A stretch of 63,999 nt of DNA, filler included, from Basidioascus undulatus (Eukaryota), in the NCBI GenBank assembly GCA_000826855.1. It is 10 parts of 10 records of this genome, joined end to end, with 100 filler letters (N's around TTAATTAATTAA, not from the genome) between each part and the next. Parts side by side here need not be neighbours in the genome. Positions count along the whole stretch, not along the records: positions 1 to 4,263 come from JTLS01002195.1; positions 4,364 to 8,612 come from JTLS01002196.1; positions 8,713 to 12,959 come from JTLS01002197.1; 7 more parts are not named here. One strand, given 5' to 3'. The notes beneath the pieces are model-generated. The model worked only from the letters and a program-made list of their open reading frames with translations. It made no database searches and had not been told where the DNA came from. The position numbers and the translations under genes were made by a program. Position 1 is the first letter of the stretch, and every line of letters begins with the position of its first letter. This document shows, in pieces, positions 1-10,549 of this stretch.

Positions 1-315
1 TCTTCGGGGGCGGGAGGGCTGAGCGCGGGAGAGGAGGCGGAGGCGGGGGAGGAGGAGCGAGAGGCGGGGGCAGGGGTGGACGTGGCGGACTGCGTGGCCG
101 GGTCCCTCACACATCAGCCATTTCGAGAACGGGAAGGTATGTGGAATGGGAAAACGCACCTTCGCCTCTTTCCGATCCTCCCCTTCCGACGCAGTCCCCC
201 CAGCAGCAGGCGACGCGCGCAGCTCGCCGCGCCGGACATACTTGTTCACCGACCCGCCCGCCGCCTCCGCCGCGGCCTTGCGCTTCTTCTGGATCTCGGC
301 TAGGAGCGAGTTCAT
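1..315 (-). CDS. PRP18: Pre-mRNA splicing factor Prp18-like, 5' part (runs off window start)
   Basis: ATG at 315; exon 315-160 reads MNSLLAEIQKKRKAAAEAAGGSVNKYVRRGEL...EDRKEAK, GTGCGT..CAG intron 159-90, exon 89-1 SATSTPAP...SPPAPE. The N-terminus resembles the fungal Prp18 pattern L.AEI..KRK...KY.RRG.L; the conserved C-terminal domain is not in the window. Confidence 0.6.
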   Translation of the reverse strand, partial: MNSLLAEIQKKRKAAAEAAGGSVNKYVRRGELRASPAAGGTASEGEDRKEAKVRFPIPHTFPFSKWLMCEGPGHAVRHVHPCPRLSLLLPRLRLLSRAQPSRPRR

Positions 316-609
316 CGCGCGTTATACGAGCTTTCTGAATGAAAGTATTCGCGAGCTGGATTTGGGGGGGAAAGCGAGAAGGCGCTTGGGTGTTGATGGT
401 AGGAGGACAAGGACGACCGCATTGAGGGCAAGGGCGAGTGCGGGAATTATGCTTGCTATCCAAGGCTAGTAATTCGAGGCATAATGCTTTCTATTGATTT
501 TGCTGTACTGTACTTCTACTCCTCCCGACCCCGGCCGTCCTGCGCACGCCTTCTGCCCTCTGCCCCTCACCTCCTCCTTCCTCCCCGCCGCCTCGCTCGC
601 TCGCCAACC

Positions 610-1588
610 ATGTCCGACGCCGCCCCCGATCAGTGCGTTTACACTTCCACCCTTCTCCACCTTCACCACATCCCACTAACATCCTCTCTCCCAAAAGGAA
701 ATACGTCCTCCAGACCGGTCCGTTCTCGTCACAAGAAGACGGTGGAAGACGGGTGGAAGGGGGAGACTGATGTGTGGGTGGGATGGTGTGCTGTGTGGGG
801 GCTGGGAGGCACGGGTAGCTGGCTTCGACGCCCGGTTCCCGAACCAGAACCAGACTAAGCACTGGTGCGTCTGTCTTTGTTGGGCGCGAGGGCGAGGGAG
901 CGGAGAAAGGAAGCTGACGTGGGATTGGGTGTGCGCGGGCTAGCTGGTACGCTCTCCTTCCTCTTCCATCATGCCGAGACGCCTATAGCACAGGATGCGT
1001 GGGATGGTAGACTGATTGTGCTATCCGCGAGGGAACCAGGCAGTCGTACGGTCCGTCCTCTCCTCTCCCTTCAGCTTCCCTTCCCCCCTTCTCTCCCCCT
1101 CTCCCGCTCACACCCCCGCGGCGAACAGTCGACTACCAAAAGTGCATCGCCGCCAAGGGCGAGGACTTTGCGCCGTGCAAGCAGGTGTGTCGTCCCCTCC
1201 CTGCCCTTCCCACACCTCGCGCCTTCTCCCCCTGTGTCTCTTTCTCTCTTTCCCCTCTTCCTCTCCCTTCGCACCTTCCCTCGTATACACGATGACTCTG
1301 ACGCGCTCGGTGTGGGCGATCGCAGTTCTACCGCGCCTACAACTCGCTCTGCCCCAGTACGTTCTTCCCTCCCCCGTCCTAATTCCCCGCGGTTGATTCG
1401 CCGGCCGAGCGGGAGAGCTGACCTTCGCGCGTCTTCGCGCAGACTCTTGGGTACGCGCCGCGCCCCGCTCCCTCCAAAGTTAAACACGGGGCTCGATGTA
1501 CTAACCGACGGATGGATCGCGTGGATAGATCGCCAAGTGGGACGAGCAGCGCGACGCCGGCATCTTCCCGTCCAACATCGAGCCGTGA
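610..1588 (+). CDS. COX12: Cytochrome c oxidase subunit 6B (9 exons, 85 aa)
   Basis: Exons 610-632, 698-717, 819-864, 944-946, 1040-1050, 1129-1184, 1326-1356, 1443-1450, 1529-1588 (258 nt, all GT-AG) give MSDAAPDQKYVLQTAGFDARFPNQNQTKHCWQSYVDYQKCIAAKGEDFAPCKQFYRAYNSLCPNSWIAKWDEQRDAGIFPSNIEP*, with the DARFPNQNQTKHCWQ motif and four conserved Cys. Confidence 0.97.
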
Positions 1589-2145
1589 AGCCCTCTCTTG
1601 CACACACGCACTTCACTTCATCTCGCCTGCGGTTGGGTGGGTGGTTTTGGCTGGATGGAAAGAGGGCAATGGGCGAGTTTACATGGATTGCAAGACATGA
1701 GCGTGTGTGTGTGTTTGCTGTGAGAAGGAACGAGGTGGGCGGGATGGGGAAGGAGGGGACGGAGGAACTCGGCCCGGCGATTTTTGGGTGGGTTCGATGA
1801 GGAAGACGCTCGACCTGTTTCCTACAACGTGCGCTCGTATCGCGCGTAACAATCTGGTTGCATTTGTTTGGTCGCAAGTTGGTTTATAGAGGTTCCAATC
1901 GAAGCGACCGGCGTGATTGAGATTCAGCCGAGCGAAGCCGATCGACCGGCCGCGAGATGAGCGCATCGCCCTTGCAGCCTCGCGTCTTCTCGCTTCGCCG
2001 CCCCCTCGCCTTCCCTCTTGCTCGCCATCCACCTCGTCCTCCTCTAATCCAAACCTCACATTCATCGAACCTCCTACCGCACTCTGACTCTTTGTTTCCG
2101 GCCCCATTTCGATCGGAGAGTAGAAAGTCCAGCAAGCAAGCCAGG

Positions 2146-3498
2146 ATGCGCCCCTCCCTGCCCCGCCTCGCCTCGAATGTCTCGGCCCTGCCCCTCCAGC
2201 AGGCGACGAGCAATATCCTGCCTCCTATACCGTGCGTCTTCTCTTCCGCCCTCCCCCTTCACTCCCCTTTCCCGTGCCTCATTCCCCGTCCAACGCCGAG
2301 CTCCTCCGCCGCCTCCCGACCTCCCGACCTTCCTGCCGCCCTTGTCTCTCCCCCTTCCTCTGGCCCACCTCACTTCCTACCCTTCCCCATCGCCGCCCCC
2401 CTTCCCAGAATCCGGTTTCTGCATAAAAGAAGCATGCTGATCTGGTGTGGGATGGGTTCGGGAATGTGAAAGGCTCTACCGCCGCCTCCTCCGCGCGCAC
2501 CGGAAACTGCCGGCGCCTATGAGGGTGCTGGGCGATCGGTACCTGTATGATGAGTTCCGGAGACACCGGTGCGTTCCTTCTGCATCCCTCCCTTTCCTCT
2601 TCTGCTCTCCTTCCGACTTCCCGTCCCCCCTCCCTCCATAATTTGCCTCCCTTCCCTTCCCCTCCCATCCCACATCCCCCTCTCCTCTGCCCTCCTTCCC
2701 TCGCACCTTTCTCTCCCTCTCCTCTCCCCGCTCTCCCCTCCTTCCTCACCCCTCTTCCGTGCACCCGAGTACCCCGAGTTCCCAGAGCACCCCGAGCACC
2801 CCTCCCCTCCTCTCCTCCCCTCCCTCCCAATCCGCTTCCCTCTTCCCCTCAACCCCATAAAGAAGCCAGCAGCACCGGAGCTGACTTCGCTTGGGTGGGC
2901 TACGGCAGCACCGCCGACAACCCCCTGCACGTCATCGGCTTCCTTTCCTCGTGGAAGATCTACCTCGACCAGCTCGAGCAGGAGGGCAGCGACGCGATCA
3001 CGCGCGGCCGGAGGCTCGATCCGGAGATGCTCGATAAGGTACGCTTCTCCCCTTCTTCCTCCGCCTTCCATCCTCTCTCCGTGCTCCTCCACCTTGTCTC
3101 GCGCGCTGCCGTCGCTGTGTTTGGGGAGAGGTGAAGGGGATGGGGAAGGAGAGGAATGGGGAGAAGAGAGGCTGCTGATGCGTGGGGCTGGGGGAGGGGC
3201 AGCTCTCGCCAGAGCAGGTCGGACAGCTGTATGAGTTGATGCACGCTGCGAAGGGTGCGTTTCTCCTCCTCTCCCCTCTTCCACTCTCCCTCCTCCCCTT
3301 CTTCCCCTCTCCCTCCTCCCCTTCTTCCCCTCTCCTCTTGATCTTTCCAGGGGACGAAAGGCTGATGCGAGGGAGGGCTGGGCGGAGGCAGCTGTATGGA
3401 AGTCGCCCGCTGAGATCAGGGAGGCGGGGGAGGAGGTGCTGCGCGAGGCGGAGGCGACGGCGGTTGAGGAGGCGCAAGGGGAGGGGAAGAAGCAATGA
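2146..3498 (+). CDS. SDH7: Succinate dehydrogenase assembly factor 3 (ACN9/SDH7, LYR family)
   Basis: Spliced product MRPSLPRLAS...LYRRLLRAHRKLPAPMRVLGDRYLYDEFRRHR..DNPLHVIGFLSSWKIYLDQL...GRRLDPEMLDKLSPEQVGQLYELM...EGKKQ*: LYR motif plus typical ACN9 motifs. Confidence 0.92.
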
Positions 3499-4263
3499 TA
3501 AGAAGAACATGGCATACGGATGCACTGATCTGACGTGAGATGTCCGGTATGGGCGGGGCGGGCAACAACGTGTTGCACATCCGCTCATGCTCTCACCTTC
3601 TTTTTTAGCTCACTCAGCTTCGCTCTTCTTGGCCTGACGTGGCTCCCGTCAGCGGCTACCGCGACCCTCCGCGGCCTGTTGTTTCGCAGCTTGATGTTCG
3701 ACCGGGCTCCACTGTCGATTCGCTCTATACCTAATAACTAACCCTTCTAGCATTCGATGATGGTTCCGATCCTGCGAGCCTTCACTCTTCGCATCCCGGA
3801 CGATCATAACCAGGCATAGCATTCCTGTGCCAGCTGACAGCCGCGGCGTCACGCATGCATGTGTTAGAACTGACATGAAATGATATAGGGATGGTTCAGA
3901 GTCCACCTTTTTCCGTTGATTGGGGTTCCCTCACGTATGACCAGTAGACCGTCGTTCACGGTGCAGAAATCAACGCCAGTTGAGGAGGAAGGGGGCTTCC
4001 TTCCGACTTGCAGACGCATCACGGCGGAATGCGCAGTCTCCAACATCCGGTTCGATCCATATGGAAACGGACTTTGCAGTTTGCGCTTTTGGAGCAAGGA
4101 GGTTAGTGCATCCCAAGCGTTGCAATCCGGGACGGTGTCGTTGGGACGAGCCTTTTCTTGGTCGCACTGGACCAACGCCGGTTCCATGAGCTTTAGGTGG
4201 TTAGGCGTTAAGAGCTCTGCATGCGACGCCGCTAATGGGCAACAGGAGGGGTAGAGTACAGGA

Positions 4264-4363
4264 NNNNNNNNNNNNNNNNNNNNNNNNNNNNNNNNNNNNN
4301 NNNNNNNTTAATTAATTAANNNNNNNNNNNNNNNNNNNNNNNNNNNNNNNNNNNNNNNNNNNN
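4264..4363. other. Artificial contig spacer (44 N + TTAATTAATTAA + 44 N); identical spacers at 8613-8712, 12960-13059, 17299-17398, 21637-21736, 46973-47072, 51307-51406, 55640-55739, 59971-60070
   Basis: Nine identical 100-bp units containing stops in all six frames; genes are cut at them. Confidence 0.99.
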
Positions 4364-5661
4364 GGGGGTTCATCCTCGTGCAAGCTGCCATGCGGCAAGC
4401 CCGCAACGAGCGTCTTCAAAGCGCCTTTACGAATGGAAGACTTCCTATTCTTATCTGAAATGGACCCGAAGCGAGTCTAGAGAGTGCCCAGAGAAAACAA
4501 CTTTACGTGCACGCATCGCAACCCACATGAATGTGTAACAGCGTCGCAGTATGCTAGGCCTTCTTCGCCACCTCCGCGTACGACTCCCTAGTCCCGTCGA
4601 AGAAAGACACAGCCTCAAGCGTCCAACCCCCAGACACCCTTTCCCATCCCTCCCCATCGTCGCTAACTATCCCAAAGCTGCTGCTTTCGAGGCTCAGCAC
4701 CTCCCACTCCTCGTACTCCAGCCTTCGCTGCCCGCCTAATACCAAGCCCCAAACCCTTGTCAGCTCCTCAGTCCCTCAAAAGCTTCGGATGGAACCGGAT
4801 TCACCTTTTATTTTCTTTTGCTTCGCTCCCCGAACGAGCTCCAGCAATCCCACCTCCCTGACCGACTTCCCTGCCGGCTTGTCCTCCTGCAAGAACAGCA
4901 TCTCCTCGCACGCCCAACACACAGTCGCATCGTGGAGACCGTCTAAGAGCTGCTCAAAAGGCCTGGCCTTTTCCGAAGAGTGCGCGACAGCATCGTCCTT
5001 GCGCCATAGGCGATTGTTGCGCGAGTCGCGCCCGTAGTAGTGGCGGTTTCCTCGCCCGATGAACTCGGCTTCGTCGCCACGCAGAAGGCGGCAGGTGTGA
5101 TTGAAATCGAAAACTGTACGGTTTCCCATGTAAGTATTGGTCAGATTTTGTTTGAGGGGAACTCTTCAAACAGCTTACATCCGTCAGGTGGCGAGTCGTG
5201 GAAAGCACTCGGCATTCTGCTGTCGAGTGTGTAGTCGAGAAGAAATTTACTGGTGGGACGAGGAAGCGCAAAGGAGGTTCTAAGTTGAAGTATGCCTTGT
5301 GGCAGGTGAATGTGAGGAAGTGATCTGGCCTGGAAGCAGCCTTTATAAGGGGCGAATCGTTCGGCTGCGCTCCGAAGGGCAGGTGCGATGACTCGGTCAT
5401 TCGTGAGGTCCGACGCGATGACTCAATGTCAAGGTGTCCAAAACATCTTCAATGCATTGAAAACGTGCCAAAGGCCCCTCAGCTCAACTTGACGTGTGGA
5501 CTTCTGTGTTCCACTCTTGTTGAAGGGAAGCCGAAGCACATGCGCAACGGCAGCCCATCATTCAGGTTGGACAGCCAGGCGCTCAGAAAGCAAACGCGAT
5601 CCACGAGAAGTATGAATTCAAGCCCTAATACATCAAACAAAAGCGGCTGGGATGGGAGTAT

Positions 5662-8333
5662 CTACGGCATGTAAACAAAGAAGATGTTCTTCCCATCGGT
5701 CAGGTCGAGGAAAGCGGCCTTGTCCCGCTCCTGCCTGACATCTTCCTCCGTCCACCCATTAACCCGTATGGCTTCCGCGAGAGCAGTAGCCTTGCGCTTG
5801 TTGAACACAAGGTTAACCCAACGCAGGAGAAGCGCAACCACTGCGAGGGCGGAGAAGAGCACCAAACAAGCGATCTTGCCGGGAATGTAGCCAGGGGCGT
5901 CCTGAGGGAGGCTGTGGAAAGGTTTCAAAGTAATGTCAGCTTTGGGCGTGTGAAGACGCGGAGTTGGGTTGGAGGGAAAGCGTTGACAGGCCAGCGCTTA
6001 CAAGATTTCGCCGCCGACGCAGTTTCCGGCGGCGAAGCTGATCATGAGGAGCACATTGAGAGTAGCTACCCAGCGATATTAGTTGATGGCAGGCCTGATA
6101 TGTACTTTACGATGAGATTTACATCTTTTGGTGGATCCGCCAATGTTCGATGCGTTCCAGGAGTACAGAATGGAAAGCCCCGAGCCATACGTTGCGGTCT
6201 ACCCGCACCCACTTAGACCGCTGTGGATAAGAGCGGGTTTCCAAAGAGAAGTGCGTACTAAAAACATTCCTATGATGCATCCAACTTTGAACTTCTCTCG
6301 GTCCGCATCGAATCCCACCAGCATGGCACATCCTAGGATGGTCGGCCCGACGGAGGCGAGAATTGGCAACATGCGCTCGCCCTATACATAACATCGGGCC
6401 ATTAGGAAGTTATGCACATCTGAAGGAGGTGGGAGACTTGGTACTTACCGCCTTATCGGACCAATACCCAAGCGACAAAGTTGTCGCAGCCGCAATTGCG
6501 CCCCTGTTGATTGCTCAGCCGCAGCGTCAGTTCGGACCAACGCGATCCCGCCGGGCCGGGGAAGGGCTCACTTGGGGACGTTAAGCAGCAGGGATATCCT
6601 GCTGGTGTATCCAAACGACTTGATAATCTTGCTGGTGAAGGCCGAGAGCCCGCCGTTAGGGATCGAACCTGAGGTATCAACCTTATTAATGATTCGAACG
6701 GAACGCCTATGCTGGATGAGGTTCGCACTCAGCAGAGTAGCCAGGACGATAAGCCAGGCTGAGCATAAAGCATCAGTATCCTAGTCAAGGTACCGGGCAC
6801 TCTCATACACTGAATGCTGTACGCACAGCGTGGGTCCTTGAGCGCCTCAAGGAACTGCTCTTTCTTCCATGTCTGCGTGAAGAGCCGTGGTTAGACGCAG
6901 TATCACCACAGTCTGATAAGCGGAAGAGGACTCTCACCTTATTGCTCGTGCCTGTTTGGTTGTCCCGAACTCTCTCGATCGCAATAATGCGCTCTTCTTC
7001 CGTGAGGAACTTGGCGGTCGCCGGGGAATCCGGGAGGTAGATCAGGACCTGCCATCGTGACCGTCAAGGGTCCAAAGAATGAGTTCGCCAAATCTACGAA
7101 GTCGCCGCAGTTTCAGGCTCACAACCATCCCAACAAGCAGCGAGATCGCCCCGAGGATAATGTAGATGATCTTGAACCACGAAAACGTCTGCTTAAGCCT
7201 ATTCGTGACTCAGTGGAATCAAGTTACGTACCCGCCAGTGGGCAATGCCGTTTCCCTTGTAAAAGGTTATTGCAAAGGCCAGGAGACCCCCGAAAATTTC
7301 CGTCAAGCCGTTCCTAAAGCGAGAGTGATTGAGCGCTCGCTCATTCGCACATCCAAGAGTGACTGACATCACGTAGAACCAGCTTATACGCCGCGCTTGC
7401 TCGTTCTTTCTGTAGCAGCGATCGCCCTTTAGTTGGGAGCATTCGGGTGGTTCTGGAGGGTGGCTTACCTGTACCAGCTGGCGACAATCGTGATCAAAAT
7501 AGGGGAAACACAGCTTTCGAGCATTCCTGTGAAGAAGATCATTGTACGACCTGGATGTAGTTCTTCGGACACCTTACCGAGGAGAAAGCGCAGCGCGAAG
7601 AAAGGCCCGAACCGGGGAGCCGCAGCGTGACACAAAAGAACCCCACCCCAGATGACGACGTTCATGCCTTCCAACCAACTGTGAGCATATATTGCTGCGG
7701 TACAATAGATTCATAGCAGTTGCAGCCCTCACCGAGGTATTTGGCCATAGGGAAGCGCTGAGCCAGCAGCTGAGTGGGCCATTCTGCCGCACATGGGTCA
7801 GCCATGGAACGGCAGACGTGCAAGCCTGCGTCAAAGAGCACTTACCCCAAACCAGATATCCCAGATAAAATGACAATGAGCATAAGTTGTAGGCTTGACC
7901 TTCAATAGGCAGCCCCATGATAGATGAGTAGCTGGGGAAAAATCGTTATCAGCGGTGCTGAGTTGTCGAGGACTGTTGCGAAAGGAACGCGTACTTCAAA
8001 GACGTCTTGTCGAGAACTATAAAAGACAATTATCACACTCCGGGTTGTATTATGTTGGGTAAGTTTGAACAACGTACACTGCAAGAAGTAGACAGCCGCA
8101 AGCAAAGGCGGCACCCGCTTGTCGACCTTTCTCAAAACGGCGTCGTAAGCGGCCTCGCTGAACTCCGTCCGAGTCTCGCCGACAATTTTGAGGGCCTCAT
8201 CGGCGTCCTCCTCCTTTACTTGAGGAAGCGTGGCCCGCCCACGTTCGTCCTTAGAAGGAAGGTCCGCGACGTTGACGCCCGCGTCTCTCGAGCTCTTCGT
8301 CTCGTCTGTCGTCGTGCGCGATAGAGTCTTCAT
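5662..8333 (-). CDS. MFS transporter, allantoate permease (DAL5-like, ACS family), multi-exon
   Basis: MKTLSRTTTDETK...VLRKVDKRVPPLLAAVYFLQFLDKTSLNYSSIMGL...LAQRFPMAKYL...RFLLGMLESCVSP...WYRKNEQARRISWFY...APGYIPGKIA...FLDLTDGKNIFFVYMP*. Confidence 0.9.
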
Positions 8334-8712
8334 TGTGCTATGATGGGATACCGAAAGATGATGGTTGTGGTATGATTCAGAGAGACCTTGCAGCTCTCTA
8401 TGTTTATCGGACGGCTTTGGGAAACCTCGGAACTTGCGATGCGGTTGGGATGATGTGGAGATTGCAGTCACGGGTGTCCGCACCGCGTGTTCCTTTGCCA
8501 CTCATGCGATAACGCACGTTGGCAGGATTATAAATACATCAATATGATAACTGCCATATTGAAGCCTTTAACCCGTGATCACGGCAAACGAAGGCCTGGT
8601 CGGCCATCTCAGNNNNNNNNNNNNNNNNNNNNNNNNNNNNNNNNNNNNNNNNNNNNTTAATTAATTAANNNNNNNNNNNNNNNNNNNNNNNNNNNNNNNN
8701 NNNNNNNNNNNN

Positions 8713-9889
8713 GGGAGGGGGAGGGGTGGAGGGCCGCGGGGGAGAGGGAGAAAATGGCGAAGGGCGGGCGGAGAGGACGCAAAGAGAGGGGGGAAGACAG
8801 ATGAGAGGACGCACTTCCACTTCACCCGCGTCAGGCCGAGAATGCCAGGCGCCTCCTTCTTCAGGTATGCAAAGACGGGGTTGGTGTCGTCGCCGTTGAC
8901 TGCGGGACCGCGTTCACCTCAGCCGAGCGCGAGGGGGAGGGAGAGAGGCGGAGGCGGATAGGGGTAGTTGGCGGGGTGAAGAGAGAGGACGAAAGCGCAC
9001 CGTCCGACTTCTTCATGAGCGGGAAGGTCACGCCGTGGTTGAGGGTGCAGAACTGTCCCTCGCACCAGCCTTCATCAGTCTCCAGTTCGCGTCCCACTCC
9101 TCTCGGGGGAAGGTTGGGAGGAGCGAAGCGGGAAAGGGCGAGGGGAAGGGGGAGAAGGAATCCTGACAACGCACCTCAGCGATCTGCTCGTCGCTGCCCG
9201 GCTCCTGGTGCCCAAACTGATCGCACGGGAAGCCGAGCACGACGAGCCCCTTGTCCGCATACTTCTTGTGCAGCTCTTCCAGGCCTGTGTATTGCGGGGT
9301 GAAGCCGCACTTGCCTGTGGGAGGGTGGGGGCGAGCGTCAGCGCGCGGGGATGGCGTAGGTAGGCCTGGATGGAGGGCGTCCGGGGGAGGGGCTAGGGAA
9401 GGGGAAGGCGTTCGGGGAGGGATGCGGATGGAGCAGGGGGAGGGTGCCGGGGACGGGAGAGTGGTTGGGGGAGAGAAGGGAGGCGGAGGCGGAGGGAGAC
9501 GATGTTGGCTCAGGGGAGGAGTTCAAAGGAATAGCTCGCGGAACAGGTCGGGGGAGACGGGGCAATGGAGAAGCGAGGGGAGAGGAGAGAAGAGAGAAGG
9601 CAGACGCACTCGCAGTGTTCACGATCAGAACCGCCTTCCCCTTCAGATCCGCGAAGGGATACTCGTTCCCATTCGGGCGCTCCGCCTGTCCAACACCACC
9701 CACCCGGCATCAGCTCCCTCCCCCTCTCTCCCTCGCTCAAGACGCCCAGCGCACCTTGAGGTCATAGAAAGTAGTGGCAGACATCCTTCTCAGTGTCGTT
9801 TGGAAAGCGAACGTGCGTGCGGGGTTGACGAAAGCGGTGGTGCGAGTGGGAGTGGTACGAGAGCAAGTTCGAAGGAGAGGGAGGCTCAT
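8713..9889 (-). CDS. GPX: Glutathione peroxidase (fungal Cys-type GPx/HYR1-like), 3' end cut by the contig edge; in-frame ATGs at 9889 and 9784
   Basis: [113 protein letters not shown]...VKWN. Confidence 0.95.
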
Positions 9890-10549
9890 GAGCTGAGCAG
9901 ACAGGTTGGGAGGGCGAGGCGGAGGCGGATGGGAGGGTTGGCGGCGCCCGGTCCGGGGCAGGCCTCGATCGGCAGGAGAATGACGTGTGTGGTTTGTGTG
10001 CCCGGTTGCTTGAAGCGTTTTATCTCCTTCCGCTTCAAGGCAGGCTGCCCGTTTCTTTGGCTGCACATCATTAAACGAGAGAAGTATTCGTGCATGTATG
10101 GTGCACGCGACCCTCAAAGCAGCTCCTCCAACCTATGCGAGAGCCGTAGAGCTTCCCAGCACCGGAGCAACAGTCGACCATCTGCGTCTCCCTCCAACGT
10201 ACTCAATCTTACGCCCTCGGCGGGCGGAACTATTCTGATCTCAGCGCAGTCATCTCGATGCGGTTGTTGGAATCCCAGGCACGACCCGCACGACGTGGGC
10301 AAGGGGTAGGGACTTGGCGGACGATGAGCGCCGGAATGGCCGGTGGATGAGCCGGGGAGTGTCCGGCGCTGGCTCCGGTGGCTCTGGTCGGCGACGAGGT
10401 GGTGGGAAGGGTAGAGAAGGTGCAAGGGGTTGGATGGTGATCGTTCTAGAAATTATAAGCAGCGGTGAGCGGCGAAACTGCAGGAAATCAGCGCCCGCTT
10501 ACGGCAGAGGCATCTTGTAGGACGGTGGTGAGGGTTGCCCGGCAGTGCC

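Noticed and set aside
2762..2801. Four to five 9-bp repeats (ccccgagca-like) in an SDH7 intron
   Set aside because: Simple intronic minisatellite with no spacers or CRISPR-like structure.
3750..5400. Short ORFs at the end of contig 1 and start of contig 2 (3864-4187, 4554-5129)
   Set aside because: No recognisable motif or consistent splice model; left unannotated.
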